Assembly: GCA_964594415.1 (NCBI GenBank)
Contig: CAZQLQ010000004.1
Coordinates: 19,162-83,161 of the forward strand
DNA from: an uncultured Candidatus Saccharibacteria bacterium
GTDB taxonomy: Bacteria > Patescibacteriota > CPR2 > UBA1875 > CAIMLA01
Length of the DNA stretch: 64,000 nt
Direction of reading: 5' to 3'
Part shown: one piece after another, positions 46,401 to 56,811 of the stretch
Layout of the letters: each line of letters starts with the position of its first letter
Numbering within the stretch: the first letter of the stretch is position 1
Program-made: the position numbers and the translations under genes
The notes under the pieces: generated by a model
The model's input: the letters and a program-made list of their open reading frames with translations, nothing else
Databases searched by the model: none
Told to the model about the DNA's origin: nothing

Positions 46401-46475
46401 TGGAGCCGATGGTCGGACTCGAACCGACGACCGACTGTTTACAAAACAGTTGCTCTACCACTGAGCTACATCGGC
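46401..46475 (-). tRNA. tRNA-Thr (anticodon TGT)
   Basis: minus strand GCCGATG-TA-GCTCAGTGGTAGAGC…anticodon loop TTTGTAA…GGTTCGAGTCC…CATCGGC-T-CCA. Confidence 0.85.
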
Positions 46476-46531
46476 ATTAACTTTTTAACTTAGATATTAT
46501 ATAAAAAAAGTCAACTATAGTCAATGGTTCG

Positions 46532-47263
46532 TCATGCCTTGAGTCTGGTCAACCTTCTTTGAACATCTGCATTATTTGGCTCCTTTTCAAGTATTTTCTC
46601 AAGTGCTTTTATGAGAAGCTGCCTATCGCCTACATTCTTTGCTGCCGTAGCTAATTCTTCTAGATAAGCAACTTTTGGCTCTAGAGCTATCGCACTTTCA
46701 AGAGCTTTGATTTGAACCTTATAATTCTTTATTCTACTTGCTGCTAAAGCAAGATTTGCGTATCTATGAGAGATTTGTGTATTAAGAGCAACGGAACTCT
46801 CGTAGGCTTTCATAGCTTCATCATATCTTTTAAGGTTAAAATAGCACATTCCCAAATTATTGAAAGCAACATCGTTTGTAGGATCAAGCTCGCATATCTT
46901 CTCAAAAACTTCGGCAGCGCCCTCAAATTCGTCGTCTTCTAAATATATAAGACCAAGGCCTTGATATGCTTTAATGTTTTTTGGATCTTCTTTAATAATA
47001 CTAAGGTACTTTTTCTCAGCTTGTTTGAATTCGTTACTCTTAAAAAGCTTACTTGCTTCAGTAACTACTGACTTAAGCTGCTTCTCCATCTTTTTCTCAA
47101 TCTGCTCGGCGTCTAAAACCTCTTGGATTCTTTCGCTAATCTCTCGAATTTCTCGCTTTTGACCTACGATTATCTCTGTGTCATTTGATTTTGTCTTACT
47201 CGCAACATAAAGTACAAACATACCAACAGCCAATATTAGTAAATAAGAAAAGATTAATGTCAT
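46532..47263 (-). CDS. membrane-anchored TPR-repeat protein
   Basis: N-terminal TM then ≥4 TPR-like 34-aa repeats (…AYQGLGLIY…, …AFNNLGMCY…, …RYANLALAA…). Confidence 0.7.
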   Translation of the reverse strand: MTLIFSYLLILAVGMFVLYVASKTKSNDTEIIVGQKREIREISERIQEVLDAEQIEKKMEKQLKSVVTEASKLFKSNEFKQAEKKYLSIIKEDPKNIKAYQGLGLIYLEDDEFEGAAEVFEKICELDPTNDVAFNNLGMCYFNLKRYDEAMKAYESSVALNTQISHRYANLALAASRIKNYKVQIKALESAIALEPKVAYLEELATAAKNVGDRQLLIKALEKILEKEPNNADVQRRLTRLKA

Positions 47264-47913
47264 TTTTTGGCTTTCCCTTTCGAGTTGTTGGCCTCAAACG
47301 CCAAACAACACATTAATCGGTTGCAAACGCCGGTCACCTTGTTTACATTCACATTTGTTTCATATTGATCCCTTGCCATATCCATAGTCACGCTATCCAT
47401 CCTTGTCATAAATCTCCTACAACAAAGCTGTTCACCACATATGCCATATCCACCAAGGAGCTTTGCTTCGTCCCTTGGACCGATTTGCCGCATAATAACT
47501 TGCTTCTTAGTAACTCTAGAAAGTTCCTTAATAAGATCCTTAAAAAAAATCCTTTTTTCAGAAACAAAATAAAATACTACTTTTTCGCCATCAAATGAAT
47601 ACTCCGAGTGTACAGGCTTCATTTCTAGTCCCGACTTAGCTACTCTATCCTTAAAGTCTTTTAAAAAGATGGCCCCATCAGATTTCATCTTTTCTCCCCT
47701 CGCCAAATCCTTAGCATCTGCAATTCTAATTATTTCGCTTATCTGTTCTTCTGAATTGCCCTTAATCTCCTTATCTACATAGACTACCCTACCAATTTCT
47801 GGACCTTGAAAAGATTCAACGATAACCCAGTCTCTTGGCTCTACTTTATAAAGTCCGGGCAAAAAATCATAAATCTTAATTGCTGAATTGAATTGAACTC
47901 CTATTACCTTCAT
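47260..47913 (-). CDS. ricT: PSP1 C-terminal domain protein (YaaT/RicT-like)
   Basis: Cys cluster 'GICGEQLCCRRF…VCNRLMCCLAFE' typical of PSP1/RicT; adjacent to holB as in Firmicutes. Confidence 0.65.
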   Translation of the reverse strand: MKVIGVQFNSAIKIYDFLPGLYKVEPRDWVIVESFQGPEIGRVVYVDKEIKGNSEEQISEIIRIADAKDLARGEKMKSDGAIFLKDFKDRVAKSGLEMKPVHSEYSFDGEKVVFYFVSEKRIFFKDLIKELSRVTKKQVIMRQIGPRDEAKLLGGYGICGEQLCCRRFMTRMDSVTMDMARDQYETNVNVNKVTGVCNRLMCCLAFEANNSKGKAKK

Positions 47914-47921
47914 TATTATCC

Positions 47922-48854
47922 TTAATTAGTAAGCAATAAAGACTCTAAAGCAAGCTTTAGATTTACGCTTCCTTTTAGGCAGTCTTTTGCTAGCACTATA
48001 TTATCCATTATTTTAATATCTTTAAGAATATTATTATTATCGAAATTTACTGAATTTTCAAGAATATTTTTTCTAATTTTTAGCTCCAATAGCGAGAGGA
48101 TCTCTTCAGTTTTTTCTTTATCTTTGGATAGTTTTTCGGCAAAGATAAATTTTTCATTAATATCATTTGAATATATTGCCCTTAGTGTCTCCTCGCTAAG
48201 CTCTTTACACGTTGTATATTCAGTAAAATTCTTAGCCATACTAATCGCTTTACCGATTTTCCCCACAGAAATCTCCACTATCTCCTCAATCTCTACTGGC
48301 GACAACGAATAATTATTTGCCATGAATTCTCTTATATCTTTTTTATCAACTAAACTAAAGTTCATTATTTGCGTCCTTGAAACTATTGTCGGAAGTAGGT
48401 TCTTTTTATTTTTTGCTGTCAAAATAATTTTAGTCGTCTTTGTCGGCTCCTCAAGAGTCTTAAGAAAAGAGTTTATGCTTTGCGTTGTAGCCCTTTCAAT
48501 ATTTGCTATTACTACAACCTTATACTTTGAATTATATGGAGATAGATCCAAAGAACTAATAATACCCCTCATTTCATCAACCCCAATTGGTTCATTGGAA
48601 TCAGAAAAAATAAAATCAGGGTTGTTTTGGGAATTAAAAGACTTACAATTTTGGCACTTATTGCAAGGCTCAAGCTGTTCAGCTTCACACAAAAGAAGCT
48701 TTGCAAATTCAATTGCGAAAGTAGTTTTGCCAACCTCGCTCGGCCCACAAAAAAGATAAGCATGTGATAAATTATCAGATTGCTTTATTCTTCCAAACTG
48801 TTCTTTGATTTTTTTATTTCCGACTAAATTCATCTTCTGGATGCTATTATACAC
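47922..48854 (-). CDS. holB: DNA polymerase III delta' subunit
   Basis: AAA+ 'YLFCGPSEVGKTTFAIEFAKLLLCE' plus zinc module 'CNKCQNCKSF'. Confidence 0.8.
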   Translation of the reverse strand: MYNSIQKMNLVGNKKIKEQFGRIKQSDNLSHAYLFCGPSEVGKTTFAIEFAKLLLCEAEQLEPCNKCQNCKSFNSQNNPDFIFSDSNEPIGVDEMRGIISSLDLSPYNSKYKVVVIANIERATTQSINSFLKTLEEPTKTTKIILTAKNKKNLLPTIVSRTQIMNFSLVDKKDIREFMANNYSLSPVEIEEIVEISVGKIGKAISMAKNFTEYTTCKELSEETLRAIYSNDINEKFIFAEKLSKDKEKTEEILSLLELKIRKNILENSVNFDNNNILKDIKIMDNIVLAKDCLKGSVNLKLALESLLLTN

Positions 48855-48892
48855 CAGTAATCAATGACATAATAGCCTCGAAGGCCTTAGAA

Positions 48893-49783
48893 TTACAAAG
48901 ATTTTATCTTATTAATAGCTTCCATGAGCTCTTCTGGCAATTCTGCCCTAAAGCTCATAATCCTCCCGGTCCTTGGGTGGGTGAACTCAAGACGTTCCGA
49001 ATGCAGGAATATCCTGTCGACAAAATCACTATTCTTTCCGTATTTAAGATCCCCTACTACAGGATAGCCGATAGATGATAAATGAACCCTGATCTGATGA
49101 GTTCTGCCAGTGAAAATCTTAGCCTCAACATAGGAATAGCCATCTATGTAATTTATTACCCTATATTCTGTCCTTGCAGACTTGCCAGACAGACTAGCAG
49201 TCATTTTGTTTCTATTCCTTAAGTTTCTAGAGATCGGGATGTCGATAACTCCCGACGCTGGCTCTATTTTTCCTTCAACAAGAGCTATATACTGTTTCCC
49301 TACCTGCCTTGTTTTAAATTGTTTTTGCAAGTTCTCTCTCGCACCTGAAGTTTTTGCAAGGACAACAACTCCTGACGTTCCTTTGTCCAGCCGATGAACC
49401 ACCCCCGGGCGATCAAGTCCCTTAGGATCATCTATTTTATCTGAGAACATCTCCGTAAGAGTAATGTCCTTATCTCCTGTAGAAGGATGAACACTGATTC
49501 CAGACGGCTTGTTTACTACCAAAACTTCCTCGTCTTCGTAGATAACCGGCACTTTTGGAATTTTTTTGTTTTCATTCGGAAAAATCAAAGAAACTTTGTC
49601 TCCAACTCCAACAATATATTTTGAATTAGCCTTCTTTCTATTGACAAGTAAAAGCTCGTCAGAAATCAGCTTCTGAGCCTTACTTCTTGTAATTCCAAAT
49701 TCATTGGCACAAAAAATATCAAGCCTTGTGCCAATGTGACTCTTAGCAACAGTTCTAAATTCTTTCGATTCCCTTTTACTCAA
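48893..49783 (-). CDS. rluD: RluA-family pseudouridine synthase (RluD-like; S4 + catalytic domain)
   Basis: 'HRLDKGTSGVVVLAKT' catalytic Asp motif; N-terminal S4. Confidence 0.8.
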   Translation of the reverse strand: MSKRESKEFRTVAKSHIGTRLDIFCANEFGITRSKAQKLISDELLLVNRKKANSKYIVGVGDKVSLIFPNENKKIPKVPVIYEDEEVLVVNKPSGISVHPSTGDKDITLTEMFSDKIDDPKGLDRPGVVHRLDKGTSGVVVLAKTSGARENLQKQFKTRQVGKQYIALVEGKIEPASGVIDIPISRNLRNRNKMTASLSGKSARTEYRVINYIDGYSYVEAKIFTGRTHQIRVHLSSIGYPVVGDLKYGKNSDFVDRIFLHSERLEFTHPRTGRIMSFRAELPEELMEAINKIKSL

Positions 49784-50844
49784 TCAACCCCAACCAGATC
49801 AGCAACTTTTTGTAGTTGCTTTTTATTGCCCATCACTATTAATCTGTCTCCCCTATTTATCATTTCCTTACCGTTTGGATTTATTTTCGACGTATTATTA
49901 GCCCTATTAATCGCAAGTATTGTTGCTCCGGTCTTATCTTTAGATATAGACTCTGCAATGGTTTTCCCTACGATAAAAGATAATCGAGGAACTTCTATCT
50001 CCTCAACCTCAAGTTCGTCATGCCTGCTGTCAATAATAACATCCAGAAAATCCAAGACACCTGGACGAAGCGCCATTGTGGCCATATGGTAACCTCCTAT
50101 TTGGTAAGGAATAGCAACCCTGTTTGCTCCAGCTTTTTCAAATTTTGGTATATTTTCTTCATCATTGGCTCTTGCAACAATATATACATCTGGATTAAGA
50201 AATCTCGCGGAAAGAGTAACAAATAAATTATCAGTATCCTCTCCAAGACATGCGATTAAAACCTTTGCATTTTTAACGTTTGCCTGGACCAAAGTCTCTT
50301 CCAGAGTCGGATCTCCGCATATAACAAGATAATTATTCGAAACCGCCTTAGAAGCCTCTCTATGATCCTTATCGATTACGACAAATTTTGTTTTGCTATG
50401 AAAAAGCTCTTCGGCAACTTGTTTTCCGACCCTTCCATATCCGCATACTATATAGTGATCTTGCAGTTTGCTTACTACTTTCATTGTTTTATGCCTCCTT
50501 CTGCTTTCTTTAAACTCCCCTCCTAGAAAATATTCAATTGCTAATTTGACAAAATAACCTAGTAAAGCATAACTTCCAACGACGATTAGCAATATAAGCA
50601 ACTGCTCGCCAACCGGTTCGTTGATACCATGTTTAAAATGGCTAAGAAAAACTATTAGTGTTGTGAAAAAAGCGGTCCATAAGCTTTTTTCACCCAACAA
50701 TATAAAACAAAGCGTTCCAAACAACAAAAACGCGACCAAAACGCCTATTAGCTTTGCCAGTGATTTTTCGTTATCCATTTTCTTATCTAATTTTATCAAA
50801 AAGAAAATAAAAAGTATAACAAGAATATAAAAAAAGCTGCCCAA
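49780..50844 (-). CDS. membrane protein with RCK (TrkA-N NAD-binding + TrkA-C) domain; putative K+ transport/channel regulator
   Basis: N-terminal ~110 aa with 3–4 TM helices; 'IVCGYGRVGKQVAEEL' Rossmann GxGxxG; C-terminal TrkA-C-like; no K+ selectivity filter seen. Confidence 0.6.
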   Translation of the reverse strand: MGSFFYILVILFIFFLIKLDKKMDNEKSLAKLIGVLVAFLLFGTLCFILLGEKSLWTAFFTTLIVFLSHFKHGINEPVGEQLLILLIVVGSYALLGYFVKLAIEYFLGGEFKESRRRHKTMKVVSKLQDHYIVCGYGRVGKQVAEELFHSKTKFVVIDKDHREASKAVSNNYLVICGDPTLEETLVQANVKNAKVLIACLGEDTDNLFVTLSARFLNPDVYIVARANDEENIPKFEKAGANRVAIPYQIGGYHMATMALRPGVLDFLDVIIDSRHDELEVEEIEVPRLSFIVGKTIAESISKDKTGATILAINRANNTSKINPNGKEMINRGDRLIVMGNKKQLQKVADLVGVD

Positions 50845-50857
50845 AGGGCAGCTTTTT

Positions 50858-51262
50858 TTAACGTTTTGAAAATTGAGGAGCTTTTCTTGCTCTCTTAAGA
50901 CCGGGCTTCTTTCGTTCTTTTTCTCTAGGATCCCTAGTCAAAAATCCAGCTTTTTTAAGTACCGTCTTATATCCTTCGTCGTATTCTATCAGAGCTCTAG
51001 CGATACCAAGGCTTACTGCTTCCGCCTGTCCTGTTACTCCACCCCCCTTGACAACTACAGTTACATAGGTCTTATCGATATTTCCTGTACTAGCAAGCGG
51101 TGCAAGTGCTGCCCGAACCACATTCTCATTCCCAAAGTAGTCATTTAGTTTTTTTTCATTTACAATAGAGGCCGAATTACCAACGTACAAACGTACTTGA
51201 GCTGTTGCCTCCTTTCTTCTGCCTAAGCCATAAAAATATTTTTCTTTCTTAATCTCTGCCAT
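50858..51262 (-). CDS. rpsI: 30S ribosomal protein S9
   Basis: C-terminus '…KKPGLKRARKAPQFSKR'. Confidence 0.9.
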   Translation of the reverse strand: MAEIKKEKYFYGLGRRKEATAQVRLYVGNSASIVNEKKLNDYFGNENVVRAALAPLASTGNIDKTYVTVVVKGGGVTGQAEAVSLGIARALIEYDEGYKTVLKKAGFLTRDPREKERKKPGLKRARKAPQFSKR

Positions 51263-51270
51263 ATAACTCC

Positions 51271-51705
51271 TTAAGCTTGAATTGTGATCTTCTCAGGTTT
51301 TTGAGCTACGTGATCATGTTCTGAACCTGGAAAAAGTTTTAGCTTTTTAATAATTTCGTCCGCTAATCTGTTTTTTGGTAGCATTCCCTTAACTGCAAAT
51401 CTAATTACGCTATTGGCGTCTCTTTCTAAAAGCTGAGACAGTGTAAGCTTTCTCATACCACCTGGGTAACCGCTGTAATTATAATATGCTTTTTCATCTA
51501 GCTTACTTCCAGTCACTCTTATTTTTGCAGTATTTATCACAATTACATAATCACCACAGTCTACTGAAGGCGAAAAACTAGGCTTGTTTTTTCCCCTTAA
51601 AAGATCTGCAATAGCAGTAGACAATCTTCCGAGTGTCAACCCATCCGCATCAATCAAGTACCATTTTCTAGTAATTTCTTTGGGTTTTGTTACGTATGTC
51701 TTCAT
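51271..51705 (-). CDS. rplM: 50S ribosomal protein L13
   Basis: 'WYLIDADGLTLGRLSTAIADLLRGK'. Confidence 0.9.
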   Translation of the reverse strand: MKTYVTKPKEITRKWYLIDADGLTLGRLSTAIADLLRGKNKPSFSPSVDCGDYVIVINTAKIRVTGSKLDEKAYYNYSGYPGGMRKLTLSQLLERDANSVIRFAVKGMLPKNRLADEIIKKLKLFPGSEHDHVAQKPEKITIQA

Positions 51706-52181
51706 TATTTACCCGCCTTTGCAACATTTTTTTTCTTTGGTTCAGACTTAATCTTGTTTTCGGCTTTTTCTTCTTTTTTTACTATAGGTTTTTTAGCGTC
51801 AACGACTGATTTCTCTAATTTATCAAGATCTACAAGCTCAATCATAGCAACCGGTGCATTATCTCCAGGCCTATTTCCAAGCTTTATTATTCTTGTATAT
51901 CCACCGTTTCTTTTTTCATACAAAGGTGCAATTTCCTTTATCAGCTTATCAACCGTATTGGGAGTATAAAGATACGATTCCAAGGCCCTCTTTGAAGCTA
52001 AATCTTGTTTTTTCGCCAAGGTTATCAATTTTTCAACTATAGGCTGTATTTCTTTAGCCTTGACCAAAGTGGTCTTTACTCTTTCATAAAGAATTACAGA
52101 AGCAGCTAGATTCCTAAGAAGAGCCTTTCTCGGCCCTCTTTTTCTGGACAATTTTCTACCGGTGTACTGATGTCTGTGCAT
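51705..52181 (-). CDS. rplQ: 50S ribosomal protein L17 with Lys-rich C-terminal extension
   Basis: 'HRHQYTGRKLSRKRGPRKALLRNLA'. Confidence 0.9.
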   Translation of the reverse strand: MHRHQYTGRKLSRKRGPRKALLRNLAASVILYERVKTTLVKAKEIQPIVEKLITLAKKQDLASKRALESYLYTPNTVDKLIKEIAPLYEKRNGGYTRIIKLGNRPGDNAPVAMIELVDLDKLEKSVVDAKKPIVKKEEKAENKIKSEPKKKNVAKAGK

Positions 52182-52189
52182 ATTAACCC

Positions 52190-53119
52190 CTAAGCCTCTC
52201 TATTAAAGCCAATTTCGGCTATTTTTTCTTCTACTTCATCGTACGCTTTGCTTCCAAATCCCTTAAGAGTCTTTAGCTCATTATTTGTAAGATTAAGAAT
52301 ATCAGAAACAGTTTTAATATTATTATTTAGAAGCGCATTTGTTGTTCTCGGAGAAAGATTGATTTCTTCAATCAATATATCATTTCCCACTTCAGTTTCT
52401 TGAATTTCTACTTTTTCTTCCGTAGGGCAATCAATTTCTTTGCCGGTAAGAACCATAAAATGATCAACTAGAATCTCGGAAGCCTGTCTAATAGCCTCCT
52501 CGGGGGCAATTACACCATTCGTCTCTACTTCCACGAGTAGCTTATCAAGATCTGTCATTTGCCCAACACGAGTACTTTCAACTTCGTATCTAATTCTTCT
52601 TATAGGGCTAAAAAGTGCGTCAATAGCGATTACCCCTATCCCAAGCTTTTCTCCCTCACGCTTCTCTACGGGAACATAACCTCTGCCTTGTTCAACAATC
52701 AATTTCATTGAGAGTCTTGAATTCTTGTTATCAAGAGTAGCAATAACCTGCTCTGGATTGATTATTTCAACATTTGGATTCATTGCAAAATCAGCAGCTG
52801 TGACTACTTTTTCTCCAGACACTTCAAGAATCAGGATCTCCTCTTCTTGTGAAAGAGATTTCACGCAAAGCTTCTTAAGATTCAAAATGATTTCAACAAC
52901 ATCTTCTTTAACATCCTTAAGCGTTGAGAATTCGTGACTGACACCATCTATTTTTACAGATGTAACTGCCGATCCCGGAAGCGAAGAAAGAGCGACCCTT
53001 CTTAGGGAGTTACCGAGTGTCATTCCGTATCCTGGGAACAAAGGCTCTATAGCAAAAAGTGCTGTATTTTTTTCAGCTTTTACCGTTTTGATTTCTGGGA
53101 GGTGAATTTTATGTAACAT
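52190..53119 (-). CDS. rpoA: DNA-directed RNA polymerase alpha subunit
   Basis: 309 aa; NTD plus αCTD 'LSPRTTNALLNNNIKTVSDIL'; between rpsD and rplQ. Confidence 0.9.
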   Translation of the reverse strand: MLHKIHLPEIKTVKAEKNTALFAIEPLFPGYGMTLGNSLRRVALSSLPGSAVTSVKIDGVSHEFSTLKDVKEDVVEIILNLKKLCVKSLSQEEEILILEVSGEKVVTAADFAMNPNVEIINPEQVIATLDNKNSRLSMKLIVEQGRGYVPVEKREGEKLGIGVIAIDALFSPIRRIRYEVESTRVGQMTDLDKLLVEVETNGVIAPEEAIRQASEILVDHFMVLTGKEIDCPTEEKVEIQETEVGNDILIEEINLSPRTTNALLNNNIKTVSDILNLTNNELKTLKGFGSKAYDEVEEKIAEIGFNREA

Positions 53120-53142
53120 TTTTTCTCCTTGAGGTTTAAAAA

Positions 53143-53778
53143 TTACTTCGAGTAAAGCTCGACTATTAAGCGTTCGTCGATCTCAAGATCAAGTTCTTCG
53201 CGAGTTGGAATACTAATAAGCTCACCCGAAAGCTTCTTTGGATCCAACCTCAGCCAACCTGGAACTTTTGCTCCAGCCAAACGACTTTTTAAATTCTCAT
53301 TAAAATAATTATTTGATAGGCTCTCTTTAATAACCTCTACCTTATCACCGACTTTTAACTGGTATGAAGGAATATTAACTTTCTTGCCATTCACTGTGAA
53401 GTGATCGTGATTAACAAGTTGCCTAGCTAATGCCCTAGAGCTAGCGTATCCTAGACGGTAAATCACATTATCTAGTCTTGTTTCTAAGTACTGCAATAAT
53501 ATTTCCCCGGTAATTCCTTCCTTGCTATCGGCCTTTTCGAAGTAATTCCGGAATTGTTTTTCCAAAACTCCATAAATACGCTTTACCTTTTGCTTTTCAC
53601 GTAATTGGAGCGAATAATCACTCGACTTCCCACGTCTTCTTGTAATCCCATGCTGCCCAGGAGCATAATTGCTCTTTATAAGTGCACACTTTGCGCCCTG
53701 ACATCTTTCTCCCTTAAGGAATAACTTGATACCTTCTCGTCTGCATTGTCTGCATGATGGTCCTAAAATTCTTGCCAT
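53143..53778 (-). CDS. rpsD: 30S ribosomal protein S4
   Basis: 'MARILGPSCRQCRREG' zinc-type N-terminus, S4 domain. Confidence 0.9.
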   Translation of the reverse strand: MARILGPSCRQCRREGIKLFLKGERCQGAKCALIKSNYAPGQHGITRRRGKSSDYSLQLREKQKVKRIYGVLEKQFRNYFEKADSKEGITGEILLQYLETRLDNVIYRLGYASSRALARQLVNHDHFTVNGKKVNIPSYQLKVGDKVEVIKESLSNNYFNENLKSRLAGAKVPGWLRLDPKKLSGELISIPTREELDLEIDERLIVELYSK

Positions 53779-53801
53779 TTTTCTCCTAAATAAAAGGTTA
53801 A

Positions 53802-54185
53802 TTAATTCCTACGAGGCTTCGGTGGACGACAGCCATTATGTGGAATTGGTGTTACGTCTTTGATTGAACTCACATGTATACCCGAATTATTAAAAGTCCG
53901 GATAGCCGAATCTCTTCCAGAGCCGATACCCTTAACAAAGATATCAACCTTCTCAAGCCCGTAAGGCTTTGCCTTTTCTATAGCTATCTCCGTTGCAACT
54001 TGTGCAGCATACGGCGTAGATTTTCTTGAGCCTTTAAAACCGCTTGCTCCACTTGTAGCCCATGCTATAACTCCACCTTCAGTATCAGTAATTGTAATAA
54101 CCGTGTTGTTGAAAGTTGAAAGAATATGTGCCTGGCCGTAATTAATAACTTTCTTTATTTTTTTCTTTTTAATAACTTTTGCCAT
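53802..54185 (-). CDS. rpsK: 30S ribosomal protein S11
   Basis: '…[16 protein letters not shown]…[12 protein letters not shown]'; start at internal Met (MAKVIKK…) by alignment. Confidence 0.85.
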   Translation of the reverse strand: MAKVIKKKKIKKVINYGQAHILSTFNNTVITITDTEGGVIAWATSGASGFKGSRKSTPYAAQVATEIAIEKAKPYGLEKVDIFVKGIGSGRDSAIRTFNNSGIHVSSIKDVTPIPHNGCRPPKPRRN

Positions 54186-54236
54186 TTTTACTCGCAATAA
54201 TTAAATTAATATCTAAAAACATCGTCAAAAAATATT

Positions 54237-54623
54237 CTATGTCTTTGCAGTAGGTTTCTTCTTTCCACTGCCAACTGTAACCCTTTTGCCTCTTTTTGTT
54301 CTGGAGTTAGTTTTTGTTCTCTGTCCCCTAACTGGCAGGCCCGACTTATGTCTAGCTCCACGGTAAGATCCTACCTCTTTGAGACGCACTATATTTTGCG
54401 AAACCTCTCGTCGAAGATCACCCTCTACCTTGAAGTTTTTCTCAATGATTTCACGAATTCTCGTTATCTCGCTTTCACTAAGATCCTTTACCCTAACATT
54501 TGGGTCTATATTGGCCTGTTTCAATATCTTTTCATTCCTAGTTGGACCAATACCATAAATATATGTAAGCGCAACACCTACCCTTTTATCTGTTGGAACA
54601 TTTACTCCTGCAATTCTAGCCAA
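54237..54623 (-). CDS. rpsM: 30S ribosomal protein S13
   Basis: '[26 protein letters not shown]'. Confidence 0.9.
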   Translation of the reverse strand: MARIAGVNVPTDKRVGVALTYIYGIGPTRNEKILKQANIDPNVRVKDLSESEITRIREIIEKNFKVEGDLRREVSQNIVRLKEVGSYRGARHKSGLPVRGQRTKTNSRTKRGKRVTVGSGKKKPTAKT

Positions 54624-54634
54624 TTTAAACTCCT

Positions 54635-54751
54635 TTAGTTGCCTTGTCTTTGTTTATGTTTAGGATTTTCACAAATAACGCGAACAATCCCTTCACGGCG
54701 GATTAATTTACATTTACTACAGATTTTCTTTACTGATGGTCTAACTTTCAT
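54635..54751 (-). CDS. rpmJ: 50S ribosomal protein L36 (Cys3His zinc type)
   Basis: not in ORF track; [38 protein letters not shown]; start overlaps infA end by 11 nt. Confidence 0.85.
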   Translation of the reverse strand: MKVRPSVKKICSKCKLIRREGIVRVICENPKHKQRQGN

Positions 54752-54983
54752 TGTTTCTTATTTCCTTATGTCTATAAGTTATTCTTCCCTTAGTAAGATC
54801 ATATGGCGTCATTTCAACAGTTACCTTGTCACCAGGAAGAATCTTGATATAATGCATCCTCATTTTACCTGAAATATGGGCCAAAATAACATGTCCGTTC
54901 TCTAGCTCTACTTTAAACATTGCGTTTGGGAGCGTTTCGAGGACGGTTCCTTCTATTTCAATTACTTCCTTTGTATTACTCAT
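54741..54983 (-). CDS. infA: translation initiation factor IF-1
   Basis: '…[34 protein letters not shown]…'; start at Met11 by alignment to IF-1; short C-terminal extension. Confidence 0.8.
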   Translation of the reverse strand: MSNTKEVIEIEGTVLETLPNAMFKVELENGHVILAHISGKMRMHYIKILPGDKVTVEMTPYDLTKGRITYRHKEIRNNES

Positions 54984-55059
54984 TCTCTGTTCTTCTCTTG
55001 CCATTTCTAGCAAGTATTAATTATACACATTAACGATGGTTTTGGCAAGTATTTTCTGA

Positions 55060-56370
55060 CTAAAAATCCTCGTAGCTTCTTACAATCATCTGGGCTTCTA
55101 TCTGATTCTTAATTTCAACTGCAACCCCCACTACTATCAATAATCCTGTTCCCCCGATAAGAAGGTTTGTTCCCGGAGAATATATTGCCATTATTGAAGG
55201 CATTGCCGCAATAAGACTTAGAAAGATAGCGCCCCAAAGAGTAACCCTATTTATAAGGTATCTAAGATAATTTTCTGTCTGTGTTCCCGGTCTGAAACCA
55301 GGAATGAATCCCCCTTGTTTTTGTATATTTTCCGAAACCTCTTTAGGCTTGAAATAAAGATAAGTCGAAAAGAAAGTAAACGCAAAAACAAGTAATAACA
55401 GCAAGATGGCGTAAGGCCAAGTATTTTGTGAAAATGTAGTCTGAATGTACTTTGCCGTTTTCGCAACCCAATCAGTTTTCGCCGAACCTAGAAAGCCAAT
55501 CATCGACGGTATGTTCATAAAAGCACCTGCAAAGATTATTGGGATCACTCCTGACATATTTAACTTCATAGGAAGAAAAGTATCAATCCCCCCATAAAGC
55601 TTAGCTCCTCTAACCTTTTTTGCGTAAGATATAGGGATTTTTCTCTGAGCTTCGACCACAACGACTATTGCAGCTGTAACTAAAATTGCTAAGATCGTGA
55701 AGCCGATCAATCTAACGAATTCATTAGTATCAAATCCCCCACCAAAAGTGTTTTGAATAGATTGCCCAACTATTTGTGGTCCTCTAGATACGATTCCTGC
55801 AAAAATAATTATACTCACACCGTTCCCAATACCTTTTTCCGTGATTAACTCACCAAGCCACATAAGAAGAACAGTGCCTGCCGTGATGGTAAGCAGCATC
55901 AAAAACCATTGTCCAACTGATAAGTTGTTAAGAAGTGCGGATCCGGAAGACGAGTAGCTTGACTGGAGAAAGCGTATCATCGCAAACCCCTCAATAAATG
56001 CGACTGGAACAGATAGCAATCTAGAATATTGATTTAGTTTGTGACGGCCCTGCTCTCCTTCTTTTGAAAGCGCTTCAAGTTTCGGGATAACAGTTGTTAA
56101 GAGCTGAATCATAATAGAAGCGGTAATATAAGGACCGACTCCCATCATTGCTATAGAGAAACGGCTAATACCTCCTCCGGAGAAAACATCCATAAAGTTA
56201 AGGACTGCATTATTTTGAAAAACACTTCCTAAAAATTCTTTTACAGCATCCGGGCTTGGCCCTGGAATCGGAATATGAGCAATAATTCTGTAAATAAGCA
56301 GTATAAACAAGATAAAAATAATTTTATTTCTCAGTTCCTTATTTACAAGTATTCTCTTCAAATATTCCAA
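55060..56370 (-). CDS. secY: preprotein translocase subunit SecY
   Basis: 436 aa, 10 TM; between rplO and infA. Confidence 0.9.
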   Translation of the reverse strand: MEYLKRILVNKELRNKIIFILFILLIYRIIAHIPIPGPSPDAVKEFLGSVFQNNAVLNFMDVFSGGGISRFSIAMMGVGPYITASIMIQLLTTVIPKLEALSKEGEQGRHKLNQYSRLLSVPVAFIEGFAMIRFLQSSYSSSGSALLNNLSVGQWFLMLLTITAGTVLLMWLGELITEKGIGNGVSIIIFAGIVSRGPQIVGQSIQNTFGGGFDTNEFVRLIGFTILAILVTAAIVVVVEAQRKIPISYAKKVRGAKLYGGIDTFLPMKLNMSGVIPIIFAGAFMNIPSMIGFLGSAKTDWVAKTAKYIQTTFSQNTWPYAILLLLLVFAFTFFSTYLYFKPKEVSENIQKQGGFIPGFRPGTQTENYLRYLINRVTLWGAIFLSLIAAMPSIMAIYSPGTNLLIGGTGLLIVVGVAVEIKNQIEAQMIVRSYEDF

Positions 56371-56373
56371 GGT

Positions 56374-56811
56374 TTATTCCTCCGGCTGATTTTTTTTCTC
56401 AGCTTTCTTTATTTGCTTCTTTGCCCCTTCACTCATAAATTCAAGATCAAAAACATGCGAACCAGTATAATTCTTTCCCGCAACTACCTTGTAGGCTGTC
56501 TTATTGTTTTCAATTAATCCTTCTTTTACAAGAAAATCTACATTTATCTTCGAGTCATTTTTAAACTTATTGAAAAAATCCATTGGTATTGTTACGGCTT
56601 TTGGAGTTCTAGATTTAAAGCCTCTAAGTTTAGGGAGTCGTCTTGCTAACGGAAGCTGACCGCCTTCAAAACCGGGACGGATATTGCCGCCAGTTCTGGC
56701 TTTTTGTCCTTTTGTCCCTCTTCCAGCAGTCTTCCCTTTTTTGCTTCCAATTCCTCTTCCGACTCTTTTTTTATCTTCTGTTACTCTACCAAACAAATAT
56801 TCTAACTTCAT
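56374..56811 (-). CDS. rplO: 50S ribosomal protein L15
   Basis: '[22 protein letters not shown]'. Confidence 0.9.
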   Translation of the reverse strand: MKLEYLFGRVTEDKKRVGRGIGSKKGKTAGRGTKGQKARTGGNIRPGFEGGQLPLARRLPKLRGFKSRTPKAVTIPMDFFNKFKNDSKINVDFLVKEGLIENNKTAYKVVAGKNYTGSHVFDLEFMSEGAKKQIKKAEKKNQPEE

